This document shows positions 9,201-19,150 of a DNA stretch of 64,000 nucleotides, one piece after another (within the stretch, counting starts at the first letter, position 1; each line of letters opens with the position of its first letter). The stretch spans positions 6,643 to 70,642 of the IMG/VR virus record IMGVR_UViG_3300023237_000012; one strand, written 5' to 3'. The position numbers and the translations under genes are program-made. Below the pieces are notes generated by a model. That model was not told the DNA's origin, ran no database searches, and saw only the letters and a list, made by a program, of their open reading frames with translations. Source of the stretch: a virus.

Positions 9201-10555
9201 TATGTATCAGTTATTGTTTTTACTGTAGCTGGTGAGATAGCTGCTTTAATATTCATCCTATCCCTAAATGCTGTAATGTATCGTGTTCTTACAACTAGTT
9301 TTTCTGCTTGCTTATCTGAACCTTCTCCTTGATTAGATGAAGAATCAGTTATTACTATTCGTCGACCATCGTCAGGTTCAAGTTGATTGTAAACCTTAGC
9401 AACAGTTGGCACAGTGCCAAGATTTATCTTCATTAACTTTCTTCCGTATTTCTTTACATCGAAACTCGATAGTCTTGCTTTTTTTATAATCTGAGTACTA
9501 TCTTGACGATTAAAAAGTCGAAGTGTATAATCTATTACGAAACTTATAGCAGTTGCACTATGTGTAATGATAGGTCTAAAATCTATAGACTCGTCAAAGC
9601 GTCCAGTCTGTGTAAATACTTGATTGCTCGTTGGAACAAAGTTAGTACCAATTTGTTCAGTTACAGTAATTTCATGGAATACTACATACGGTCCACTATG
9701 GGTGAGGAGTGGTTGAATAAAGTTCTCAAATGTAGATCCTAATACTTGTCCTGATAATTGAAAGTAATCTCCGTCAGGTGCTTGGATAACCTCAGCGTAT
9801 AAATTATCGTAAATATCTCTATTGAGAATAGTTGCAGAATTTATTTCTTCTAGGTCATAATAACTATAGCTGTTATTGACTGTCGTTTCAGTTATCCCAG
9901 TTGCTCTTATCGTAATGACTGGAGTACTAATAAAACCACCAGCTCCAGCCAATCTAAATCCAAGTGTATTCGGATCTGTACTATCAAATGCATTATTCAT
10001 ATAGAACAGCGCTGGCACTTTAAATTCAATATATGTACTGTATAGCTTGCTTGCTAAGAGGAACGGTTCAGCAACAAGTAAAGGTGTATCAGTTCTTAAA
10101 TAATTGATAGATGCTAGATTAAGCTCAACATTATCACTTCTATTAGTTAGAATTTCAAATATCAACCCATCATAATTATCAAAGCTATAACCAGCAGTAA
10201 AGTAAACTCTTACTGTGTCGTATTCAACAGGAAGCTGTGGTGAGAAGGTTTGGACTAATTGTGGAGTGTTAGTTAGCTGTGGATCGAAATCATTATACGG
10301 AACACCGAAGCTACTATTAAGACTTACTGACTGTGTCTTATTAACAACTATGTTTGCTACAGATCTATCTCTGTAGTTTCTCATTGTATTCTGAACACTT
10401 GCAGCATTCCAAAGATAAGAACCGCCAGTATGACCATCTCTCATTATCTCAATTGGAAAAGTAGTAGTATTATAAGTAGCTGGGTTAGCCTGGTCAGTAT
10501 AAATATACTCGACTAAAATATCCGCTGACAGTTGTATGTATCTTGAAGAATCCAA
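9200..10555 (-). CDS. Putative virion structural protein
   Basis: 451 aa, beta-rich, TTG start, in the structural block. Confidence 0.55.
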   Translation of the reverse strand: MDSSRYIQLSADILVEYIYTDQANPATYNTTTFPIEIMRDGHTGGSYLWNAASVQNTMRNYRDRSVANIVVNKTQSVSLNSSFGVPYNDFDPQLTNTPQLVQTFSPQLPVEYDTVRVYFTAGYSFDNYDGLIFEILTNRSDNVELNLASINYLRTDTPLLVAEPFLLASKLYSTYIEFKVPALFYMNNAFDSTDPNTLGFRLAGAGGFISTPVITIRATGITETTVNNSYSYYDLEEINSATILNRDIYDNLYAEVIQAPDGDYFQLSGQVLGSTFENFIQPLLTHSGPYVVFHEITVTEQIGTNFVPTSNQVFTQTGRFDESIDFRPIITHSATAISFVIDYTLRLFNRQDSTQIIKKARLSSFDVKKYGRKLMKINLGTVPTVAKVYNQLEPDDGRRIVITDSSSNQGEGSDKQAEKLVVRTRYITAFRDRMNIKAAISPATVKTITDT

Positions 10556-10564
10556 ATTTGCTTC

Positions 10565-10798
10565 TTATTTTTTGAAGTAAGCAACGAAATCATCCATTGC
10601 ATCTTTAAAGTCTATTGACGGATTAGCTCCTCCATCAGTATTATCATCTATGATTTTAAAGATATCATTATATGAGAATTTAAAATCAGTTGTCTTTCTT
10701 AGAAATTTAACTATGTCCTTTGCAACTTCTTCTATAGTGTCAAAATTTCCACGGTTAAAGCTAACCATTTTGTTTTCAAGTTGGTTAAGCTCTCCCAT
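10565..10798 (-). CDS. Hypothetical protein (possibly the C-terminal module of 10801..11091)
   Basis: ORF track; joins the upstream ORF if one A is added at the run 10807-10811. Confidence 0.5.
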   Translation of the reverse strand: MGELNQLENKMVSFNRGNFDTIEEVAKDIVKFLRKTTDFKFSYNDIFKIIDDNTDGGANPSIDFKDAMDDFVAYFKK

Positions 10799-10800
10799 CT

Positions 10801-11091
10801 TTAATCTTTTTCATTAAGAGATATAGATTCATCCATACTAATGAATTCTTCCACTTCTTTTTTAATTAACTTCCAAATTTTCTTGGCTGCTGTATCTTTA
10901 CTAATCATCCTAAACATATCCTCTCCTGGAAATCCTATCCCGTACGGATCACCAACAAAGCCATCTACACTATAGGCAAGTTCGTAAGTCTTACCGTCTT
11001 TTTCAACATTAAGATTACCATGCTTAGTTCTACTAAACGTTGCTTTCTCCCTAAGTGCTTTAAATTCTTCGTATTCTAGTAAGTGTTCCAT
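10801..11091 (-). CDS. Tagged putative internal head protein
   Basis: MEHLLEYEEFKALRE tag; ends SISLNEKD. Confidence 0.55.
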   Translation of the reverse strand: MEHLLEYEEFKALREKATFSRTKHGNLNVEKDGKTYELAYSVDGFVGDPYGIGFPGEDMFRMISKDTAAKKIWKLIKKEVEEFISMDESISLNEKD

Positions 11092-11114
11092 GCTGTATTT
11101 TTATCTATTTTTAT

Positions 11115-11957
11115 CTATTTTCCCCATTGTGCCCATTTTGGAGAGTAGTTTAAATCAACTCCAATATACGGACCGTGTGCTATTCCTATTCTATTTATAT
11201 TCATCAAGTTAAGCATTGCACCATAACCTGCACTTACGCCAACTGAAAACTCTTTTCTAGCTTTCTTTAGTACTTTTGCATTTTCCTTGTCATCCTGAAT
11301 AACAGCACCTTGAATTGCAGTGAATGTCACACCTGGATATTTAGTAGTAACTTGAATTTCTATCTTTCCAGTTTTCTTATCTCGTTTGAGGACAGTTTGA
11401 AGGGACATAGACTGTTCTAAGTTAAATATACTTTTACCAAGATTGATCTTATTTAAAGCAGTATCTATAGCAAAGGGAATCGTTCCAGATAGGTATCTCC
11501 AATCAGTTGGACTATACTTAGCACTATCAGAAATTGCAATTAAGCTATCACCTATAACAGCAGCATCAACATAAATAAGAGAATCCCTAACTTCAGTTAC
11601 AGTATTCGTAATAGTCAGTGGTGGCTTATTCTTTTCAATTTTATAGTCACCTAACAACTTGTCGTAATCTTTGTTAAGTTCAGTAAGCTTTAAATCGTAT
11701 CCAGAAATTTCACCTATAAGTTCACCATTTTTACCAAGTGTCATTATAACAGAATCTCGAGAAGCTTCCAAGTTATTTACTACTCTTACAGTTTCTTTTT
11801 TCTCTGCTTCAACGGCACCCTTTAAAGTACTTACTCTTCCACACGTTATCATAAGCATTATGATAAGTGCAGCTATTATACCAGTACCAATAAGTTGACG
11901 ATTTTTAGAATCTACCAACCATGCAAAGATTTTAGGTATGAACATTAAATGATTCAT
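11115..11957 (-). CDS. Putative spanin/lysis-related membrane protein
   Basis: N-terminal TM helix ending ITCG, coiled coil, C-terminal amphipathic beta-strands FSVGVSAGYG..GPYIGVDLNY. Confidence 0.45.
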   Translation of the reverse strand: MNHLMFIPKIFAWLVDSKNRQLIGTGIIAALIIMLMITCGRVSTLKGAVEAEKKETVRVVNNLEASRDSVIMTLGKNGELIGEISGYDLKLTELNKDYDKLLGDYKIEKNKPPLTITNTVTEVRDSLIYVDAAVIGDSLIAISDSAKYSPTDWRYLSGTIPFAIDTALNKINLGKSIFNLEQSMSLQTVLKRDKKTGKIEIQVTTKYPGVTFTAIQGAVIQDDKENAKVLKKARKEFSVGVSAGYGAMLNLMNINRIGIAHGPYIGVDLNYSPKWAQWGK

Positions 11958-12190
11958 TCTTCTATATATTGAGCTAGTTTGTTTGGAGTAACTTCTTTTT
12001 CACCGTATTCTTTAATGATATGTTTTAAGAAACCCTGTTCTTCGATTTTCATTTCTTCTAATCTTGAAATGAAATTATCTCGTTTTTCAGCTAAGCTATT
12101 AATGCTCTTTTGCATTAGATCTAAGTTGAATTGAATTTCTTTGTACTCTTTTACGAAACCGTTAAGTTTCTTTTGATCTTTTGTTGTCAT
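11954..12190 (-). CDS. Small coiled-coil protein
   Basis: 78 aa with heptad pattern, directly after a fibre-like gene. Confidence 0.55.
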   Translation of the reverse strand: MTTKDQKKLNGFVKEYKEIQFNLDLMQKSINSLAEKRDNFISRLEEMKIEEQGFLKHIIKEYGEKEVTPNKLAQYIEE

Positions 12191-12214
12191 TATTATTTAT
12201 GTTAAGATATTAAA

Positions 12215-14494
12215 TTATACTTTACCGAATCTCTGTTCTTTTAAATATAATTTCCAAGGATTCACTGCTGCAACCCACTTCGAAAACCCAAGAACATCAT
12301 CTTTTGTCACAATTTCAAATGTTGTATTAGCAGGTAAGAAGAATGGCATGTATACTGATGCTCCTGAGTATCTATCATTTCCTGCTCCATTGCTTCCGAA
12401 TACATTTGATGCAACAGTATCACCATCGATGCTAATATTGACGGTTAAGCGTAAATCATCTGCTCCCTTGTCGTAATATTCATTTGTTCTAAGTATCATC
12501 ATCCTATCATAATCTACAGAAATACCAACATAGGTCGAGTTGAGGTCCTGGTTTACGGTTGCACCTGGTACTTCAAGAATAGTAGCTCCAATAGTTGGCC
12601 CAGCTTGCTCTCCAATTTGAGCTTTACCAGTTATACTTACAATCTCATCGGCCTCAATGTTAACATTAGCAGTAGTAGACTCTAAAGTTAAATCTTGTAC
12701 TGCCGTTATGTCGATACTCTGTCCATCAACATCAATAGTCCATGTATCAACATCAATAATTGTAGCGGCTTGTATCTCAATCCCAGCACTAATAGAACGT
12801 AAAGTTAATTTTTGGTTAGCTATTACGTTAACGTCATTGTCAGCCGTTAGATTGACGTCATTAGCTGGAGATTCTATATTAACATCACCAATAAAAGGAC
12901 CGGTAGTAATGTTAGTATCTCTACCTGAGTTTAAATTTATGCTATACGCGGAGGTTAAATTTATGCCACTGACTCCGACAGTAGTTTCTATAGTTATTGG
13001 TGAAGTGTCGTCATTAGTACGAATTGAAATTGGAGATGTATCACCAGTAGTAAGAATTGAAATTGGTGAATTGCCTGCATTACCTGCAGTTGTTTCTAGT
13101 TTTATTTCCGCTCCACTATTGGTAGTATCGATTAAAATATCACCACCAGTAATAGAAGCAGTATACATATGAATATCCCCGTTTTTAGTATGAATGTCAA
13201 TGTCAACATCAGCGAACATGTCAATATCAGCAGCATTAGACCATAAAGTTAAATCTTGTACTGCCGTTATGTCGATGGTCGTATCAGCATCTATTGTAAC
13301 AGAATTTGCATCAGCATCAATAATTGTATTGGCTTGTATGTTAACATCAGCATTAATAGACTGTATGTTTACATCTTGTCCGGCTATTGCATTAATAGTA
13401 TTACCTGTTCTTAGGTTCATTTGATTAGTGCCCACGAGTGAAATACGTCCACCCTGAGCACTAATAGTACCGGTCTTTGTCGTTGCATTTAGTGGTGTAG
13501 CTAATGAACCTAATTCTAAAGATGCGTCAGCACTAGTAGGAATAACCCTTAAAGATATTTTCGGTGTCGTCAACTGTAGAGCTAACCCAGTTTCTACTAT
13601 AAAATCATCTTGTTCTAGACTCGATCCAAGTGTACTACTACCTCCACCAGTTTGTATTTTTACGTGCTTGTTAGATTGTATAAGCTGGCCTCTTTTTAGA
13701 GTAACTAACTTAAGTCCAGTAATTGATCCTAATGTTATTCCAGGATTGGTAGCTGTTTTTGGTACCATTATTTCCAATACATCATCACTAGATATTCCGA
13801 TATTTGATAATTTTGCAATGTTTACCTGCTCAAAATTTTGCAACGTCTCACCACCATGAAATATAATAGACCTTCCACTTTCATTAAATTGATGTAAGAG
13901 CAATGTAACGGATGGCATATATGCTTGTTCAGCAATAGCTTGAGGAACAACACTTTGAGTATTTAATATAGGCCCAAGATATGCCGGAGTTTCTGGAGTT
14001 CCACCGAGTATAGTTGCTCTTATTCCTCCATTTGGAACAGTTCCAGAAACTTGCATAGGCTCTGGGTAAATCGTCGTATCTCCAGCTGTACTATATGGTC
14101 CAGGGGTTACAGCTCCATATTCTGAGAATTTTCCACCTACACCTGTTGGTCCAATTGGCCCTTCTAAATTTACCACAGTTTGAACCCAACTTAAAGACGC
14201 TTCAACGTAAGTCCATACATCTCCATTATCTCCTAGTGTCGTTGAACTCTCTAGATAATTATCTTCGTCCTGTGGGAAAGCCGTAGGTGGGGTTATGTTC
14301 GGATTTCCAATCCCTTCGTACCAAATTGAACCTCTTATTCCTCTCCCACCAATAGGACCAGTTGGACCTTGAATACCAGGAGGCCCAGCCGGTCCACCAC
14401 CATTAAGTAGTAGTTGATCGAAGTTTACATTGATCTTGTCAGTTGCTTGTGAAATAGTATCAGATGCAAGTAACTCTTGAATAGTTATAGCCAT
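12215..14494 (-). CDS. Tail fibre/spike-like protein with collagen-like and beta-helix repeats
   Basis: GPAGPPGIQGPTGPIGGRGIRG; many 8-aa [DN]-[VI]-x-[IL] repeats; exact 33-bp duplication at 12683-12715 and 13244-13276. Confidence 0.65.
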   Translation of the reverse strand: MAITIQELLASDTISQATDKINVNFDQLLLNGGGPAGPPGIQGPTGPIGGRGIRGSIWYEGIGNPNITPPTAFPQDEDNYLESSTTLGDNGDVWTYVEASLSWVQTVVNLEGPIGPTGVGGKFSEYGAVTPGPYSTAGDTTIYPEPMQVSGTVPNGGIRATILGGTPETPAYLGPILNTQSVVPQAIAEQAYMPSVTLLLHQFNESGRSIIFHGGETLQNFEQVNIAKLSNIGISSDDVLEIMVPKTATNPGITLGSITGLKLVTLKRGQLIQSNKHVKIQTGGGSSTLGSSLEQDDFIVETGLALQLTTPKISLRVIPTSADASLELGSLATPLNATTKTGTISAQGGRISLVGTNQMNLRTGNTINAIAGQDVNIQSINADVNIQANTIIDADANSVTIDADTTIDITAVQDLTLWSNAADIDMFADVDIDIHTKNGDIHMYTASITGGDILIDTTNSGAEIKLETTAGNAGNSPISILTTGDTSPISIRTNDDTSPITIETTVGVSGINLTSAYSINLNSGRDTNITTGPFIGDVNIESPANDVNLTADNDVNVIANQKLTLRSISAGIEIQAATIIDVDTWTIDVDGQSIDITAVQDLTLESTTANVNIEADEIVSITGKAQIGEQAGPTIGATILEVPGATVNQDLNSTYVGISVDYDRMMILRTNEYYDKGADDLRLTVNISIDGDTVASNVFGSNGAGNDRYSGASVYMPFFLPANTTFEIVTKDDVLGFSKWVAAVNPWKLYLKEQRFGKV

Positions 14495-14499
14495 TTACC

Positions 14500-17400
14500 T
14501 TACTTTTTAATTAGGACTACGTTAAATCCAAATGATTCTGAATATCCTAACCTTTTGTTATATATTAGGCGGGTATCAAATTGATTTGTATTAAGAATCT
14601 TGGATGAGAAATTGTCAGTTAATCTAAGACCAGAGTCAACTTTCTCTAAATCAGTTAACCCAGCAGTTGCATAATCATTAGACTGTTCAGCTCTGTCTGC
14701 CTTTTCAAATAATTCAATGCGATCTATTTTGTACAACTTAAGTAGATTTTGCACGATGTATTTTTCAACATCATCATTAAGACTTTCTTCATCACCAAAT
14801 CCGTATAATGGATTTACATATTTTTCAAATGTAGCTTTAATGCTTGGTGAAAGCTCAGAAATTAGTCTCTTTTGAATAAATAAATACATCTCAATGTTTG
14901 CATCTGCCTCTCTTACCATGAAAGTACCGTCAACGAGTGTAGAGTTTATAATACCTTCCTCGTTAAATTCGCTCTGTACAAAAGTTTCAAGATTTATTTC
15001 TTGTGGTACATTAAGATACTTACTCCCAAAATATGATTTCTTTTCTGTCATTGATCTTGTACCAATGATGCTTTGAATCTGAGTCTTGTCAATACTCTTT
15101 CTGAAATATCCTGGCTCCCAGTTAGACGAGAATACATATGTATCTTTATAGTCTATACCTACTTCATTAATAAGAGGATAAAGACTTAAGAATGCACTGT
15201 CCTGAGATAACTCAAGAACACTCGATGAATCTTCTACATTCACCTTATGATAAAACATATTCTTAATCTGTCCAAAGTCAACGTGGTCACTGAAGAACTG
15301 AGTGTTTTTATACCTCATAAGATTAAGAACACTTAACTTATAATCTTCATCTGGTATGCCACTTCCACCAGTACTAGTGCTTGTCGATCCTGTAATTGTA
15401 TCGAAGTCAATTCCAAGATAAGGATCTCTAAAGAATAATAATTCCTTTGAAATAGGTTCGTAATATCCAGAATGTCTTCCTATTGGTGATATTCTAGGTG
15501 TTCTCTGTAAACTCAGATCGTATCCTATAACATCAATTAAGTTAAAGATAGTCGGTTTATTTGGATCGGGCAATATTCCTAAGTATACTGGTTTAGTAAT
15601 GTCGTCTTGTGCTCTTAATTCAACAGAGAATGTTTGAGATACACTACCGTCATCGTCTAATACTTGATTTCCATCTATGTCAATAGTTTCATATATAACT
15701 TCAGGATTTCCAAGATTCACACTTCTAAATATTTCTGCAAAAGAAACATCTCCTAACGTTGAAATGTATGCTTCGTATCCACCACCAATAAGCACGTACT
15801 CTGCAGATTGTAAGCTTAATTGTGGTATTCCAGAATATGGCAAAGCAATAGGTACATTGTTTCGTGTTATAAAAGCTGCTTCTATTACCGAGTTACTTAC
15901 TATATTCGTAATTCCACTAATCAAATATACATCAGCACCTATTGTAAATTGAATAGGTGTGTATTGACCATCGAGCCCAATCGTTATGTCATCAGAAAAA
16001 TTAGTAGGATTTCCAGTCACGTCTGACTGTCCTAAAATTAAACCTCCACCTGAAGAAGCTAGGTTAATTGCACCTCGCATAATACCGTGCTTATAGTCAA
16101 AAGAACCATCAGATAATTCTATAACTTCGCACTCGGGATCATACTTAAACTTGCTCTTGAGAGAATATAGTGTTGTACGATCAATAGATTGTCCACCAGC
16201 TATGCACTCTTCATCTATATTTACGAAGATCATCATTACGATAGTTTTCCACTTTTCATTCTTAACAAATTTCACCTGAGCTTTAGGCTTATTTATTGCA
16301 TTTGGTACCATAATAGTAGAGAAACGATAATTGTTGAAGTTACTATTCCGTACATATGAAAGTTTATTAGCATTAAAATTAGCTTTTTGACTCCTAAGCG
16401 CTTTTTGTTTTACAATGATCCTAACACCTCTTAAGAAACCTTGAGCAAAGTTTTCACTATCTCCACCTCTTAGCCTACTATACCTCAATTGTCTATCTAT
16501 AAGAGTGATCTGATTGTTCACATTAAACCTATCTGCGATAAAGTATTCATCAAAGTAATTGTTTGTTACTGATTGAAATGTACCAGGTATATACGGTAAG
16601 CCTGTGAACGGATTCGGATCAACTGAGTCTATAGGAGCTGTTTCAAAATAACTCCAGCTATCTTCGATTGCATTAGTTCCAAAGTAAGGTGGAAATTCAC
16701 ATAAATAATACCACTCATGAGAGAATCCTAATGGCTTCTGTCCAAGTTCATATTTAGATGAAGCGAAATTATTCTGTGTGAATGCTTCGCTTAAGTTAAG
16801 ACGGTATGGATGATTTCTTGTATCTCTTCCATCATTATAATATCCCCATTTATTTATATAAGGAACCACTCTTGATGCTACAGCTTGTGTCTTAATATAG
16901 TTTTCCTCTAATCTATCGTACTCTGACGCTATAACAGAATCGAACTCAGCATCAGGTTGTGCTTCTCTTAATAAGCCGATAAGTTCAGTAAATCCACCTC
17001 TATCATAAAATTCTCTAATGTTTGGATTAGTTGAAACTCCAGAATATTCAATGGGTAAAGATCCTGGAACTATTGTGTTATAGTAAGTCTCTTCATATAG
17101 AAGCTCACCATTCTGACTATACATAGTACTGTAAAAATCAAAATCAAGATCTTTGACAGGGAAAAATGAGAATCTACCGAAAGAAACTCTGAAATCAGAA
17201 TATACTGCAACTTGTCCAGCTCCGGTTGTAGGTATGTTACCTTCATCTAAAGTTATGACTACGTTATCATTTACTCCTCGGTAGCCAATAGTTCTACCAA
17301 TCGGATCAAGAATAGGTTCTTCTAAGTATGGGATATGATTTCCAATTTTAGCAAACCCATCTTTACTTTTTACGAAGTTACCAATGCTGAATCTGTTTTC

Positions 17401-19104
17401 ATCGCCTTTAGTAACTTTAAGTTGTGCATTTTTATAATCTCCACCTCCAACAAAATTAGTTGATGGGTTCGTATTACTTGTAACTGGATATGTTTCAAAC
17501 TGAGCATTTGGATAATTTATCCAGTCTATGCCAAATGATAGTCGATTAAATCTACTTCCACCAAATAAACTTTGAACATACACTATATCTTTATTGTATG
17601 TTGCTTCGAAATATCTGTCATTAGGTACTATGCCATTGTTTATAGCAGCAGATATAGCAAGTGCAATTTCACTAGGTGTTCCAGTTGGATTGAAGAATGA
17701 TTGGAACGAAGTTCCAGGTCCATTGGTCAATGAAGTGTTAGCAGCAACTTGTCCAACCTGAACTCCGTTATCGAAAAATGTAATTGCTACGCCTGGCGTA
17801 ACTTCATCTAAAATTTTAAAGGTACATAGAGCTTTAGCTAACGGAGATATGATTGTTGCAGATGCAAAAGAATCAGGCTTCTTATATCCAGTAAGTAGTG
17901 ATATGTCTATCTTCTTATCGAAGAGTCTTATTTCACCATTATCTGAGTTCCATCGTCCACCTTTCTTTATAGTATGAAATTCATTCAGTTTATCTTTGAC
18001 GTAAAATATAGATTCTACTTCATTTACTCGCTTTGGTGTTGGATATCCGGTTATGACTTGTGGATCCTTAGTGTAGATCAGATTCCCTCGTTCGTTAGAA
18101 AGTATTAACTCTTCATTGAGTTGATCTGATACCTCAGTGATAGTTGTAATCTTAGGAGTCTGCTCAGGTTCAGTACCTTTATAGAATCCTTCACCTGACA
18201 ATTCAAACGTTCCTTCTTCAACTTCATCAACATACATTCCAAAGTATCTGTTTACTGAATACTCTGCAGCGTACTTATCATTAAATAAGAATTGCATATT
18301 GAGAAGGTTAGCTAAAATGACCCCGTTTCTTTGAAACCCTTGAGTAAAAAAGTAATCATTTTGGATAATCGTAGCATCTTTTGCCACTATGTCATCATAC
18401 GTAAAATTACCACCTGAAGTAAATCCACCATTCTTATATGAAATACCATTCCACTGAAACGGTTCGTCCCTTCTCCAAGTTGCAGTTATTGGTGCAATTG
18501 GGAAATCATTCTGTTCTCTGTAGTTACGAATATATCTTCCGATGTTACTATTGCTTGTAAGATCGAAGGTTTTGATTGCAGTACAATTTTCAAGAACAAA
18601 TTTACTGAACTTCGCAGCAGTCTGTGCATCAGTCTCCCCATCTAGTGCTGCTAACGCATCTACGTTATTTACAGCAGACGGATCATTAAGTCTAAATATT
18701 ACAAAATAATTTGGAACTTGTTCTTTTAGCCAAAGCGGTGCTAACATTCCAATATCTTCAGTATGAGCTTCAGAGCTTATAGACTCTGTCCCAGCACTAT
18801 AAAACATTTCATATTGAGAATTATATGAAGATAGTACTGAAGTATCTCTAAATTGCTGATAAACATCGTAAGCCAATGCCTTTGGGAAATTGCCACTTTG
18901 ATAGAAGCGGTGAATATCCTTATCATAAGTAGATGCTGCATCTACCTTGAACGATTTAAACGTAGATGAAGATAATTCAGTGTTAGCACTAAACGATTCT
19001 AAGAAGATATCGTCTCCATTCGTTACAACCTTAATATTAGTAGTAAGCTTTGGATTTGTCCTAACCAGACTGAACGAAGCTTTATCTAAAAGCCTTTCTG
19101 CCAT
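14500..19104 (-). CDS. Large virion/baseplate structural protein
   Basis: 1534 aa uninterrupted ORF; late-type promoter at 19121-19128; structural context. Confidence 0.6.
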   Translation of the reverse strand: MAERLLDKASFSLVRTNPKLTTNIKVVTNGDDIFLESFSANTELSSSTFKSFKVDAASTYDKDIHRFYQSGNFPKALAYDVYQQFRDTSVLSSYNSQYEMFYSAGTESISSEAHTEDIGMLAPLWLKEQVPNYFVIFRLNDPSAVNNVDALAALDGETDAQTAAKFSKFVLENCTAIKTFDLTSNSNIGRYIRNYREQNDFPIAPITATWRRDEPFQWNGISYKNGGFTSGGNFTYDDIVAKDATIIQNDYFFTQGFQRNGVILANLLNMQFLFNDKYAAEYSVNRYFGMYVDEVEEGTFELSGEGFYKGTEPEQTPKITTITEVSDQLNEELILSNERGNLIYTKDPQVITGYPTPKRVNEVESIFYVKDKLNEFHTIKKGGRWNSDNGEIRLFDKKIDISLLTGYKKPDSFASATIISPLAKALCTFKILDEVTPGVAITFFDNGVQVGQVAANTSLTNGPGTSFQSFFNPTGTPSEIALAISAAINNGIVPNDRYFEATYNKDIVYVQSLFGGSRFNRLSFGIDWINYPNAQFETYPVTSNTNPSTNFVGGGDYKNAQLKVTKGDENRFSIGNFVKSKDGFAKIGNHIPYLEEPILDPIGRTIGYRGVNDNVVITLDEGNIPTTGAGQVAVYSDFRVSFGRFSFFPVKDLDFDFYSTMYSQNGELLYEETYYNTIVPGSLPIEYSGVSTNPNIREFYDRGGFTELIGLLREAQPDAEFDSVIASEYDRLEENYIKTQAVASRVVPYINKWGYYNDGRDTRNHPYRLNLSEAFTQNNFASSKYELGQKPLGFSHEWYYLCEFPPYFGTNAIEDSWSYFETAPIDSVDPNPFTGLPYIPGTFQSVTNNYFDEYFIADRFNVNNQITLIDRQLRYSRLRGGDSENFAQGFLRGVRIIVKQKALRSQKANFNANKLSYVRNSNFNNYRFSTIMVPNAINKPKAQVKFVKNEKWKTIVMMIFVNIDEECIAGGQSIDRTTLYSLKSKFKYDPECEVIELSDGSFDYKHGIMRGAINLASSGGGLILGQSDVTGNPTNFSDDITIGLDGQYTPIQFTIGADVYLISGITNIVSNSVIEAAFITRNNVPIALPYSGIPQLSLQSAEYVLIGGGYEAYISTLGDVSFAEIFRSVNLGNPEVIYETIDIDGNQVLDDDGSVSQTFSVELRAQDDITKPVYLGILPDPNKPTIFNLIDVIGYDLSLQRTPRISPIGRHSGYYEPISKELLFFRDPYLGIDFDTITGSTSTSTGGSGIPDEDYKLSVLNLMRYKNTQFFSDHVDFGQIKNMFYHKVNVEDSSSVLELSQDSAFLSLYPLINEVGIDYKDTYVFSSNWEPGYFRKSIDKTQIQSIIGTRSMTEKKSYFGSKYLNVPQEINLETFVQSEFNEEGIINSTLVDGTFMVREADANIEMYLFIQKRLISELSPSIKATFEKYVNPLYGFGDEESLNDDVEKYIVQNLLKLYKIDRIELFEKADRAEQSNDYATAGLTDLEKVDSGLRLTDNFSSKILNTNQFDTRLIYNKRLGYSESFGFNVVLIKK

Positions 19105-19150
19105 TTAGTTGTCTTTTTTATATTTATCTAAGAAGACAATGACAAAAAAA

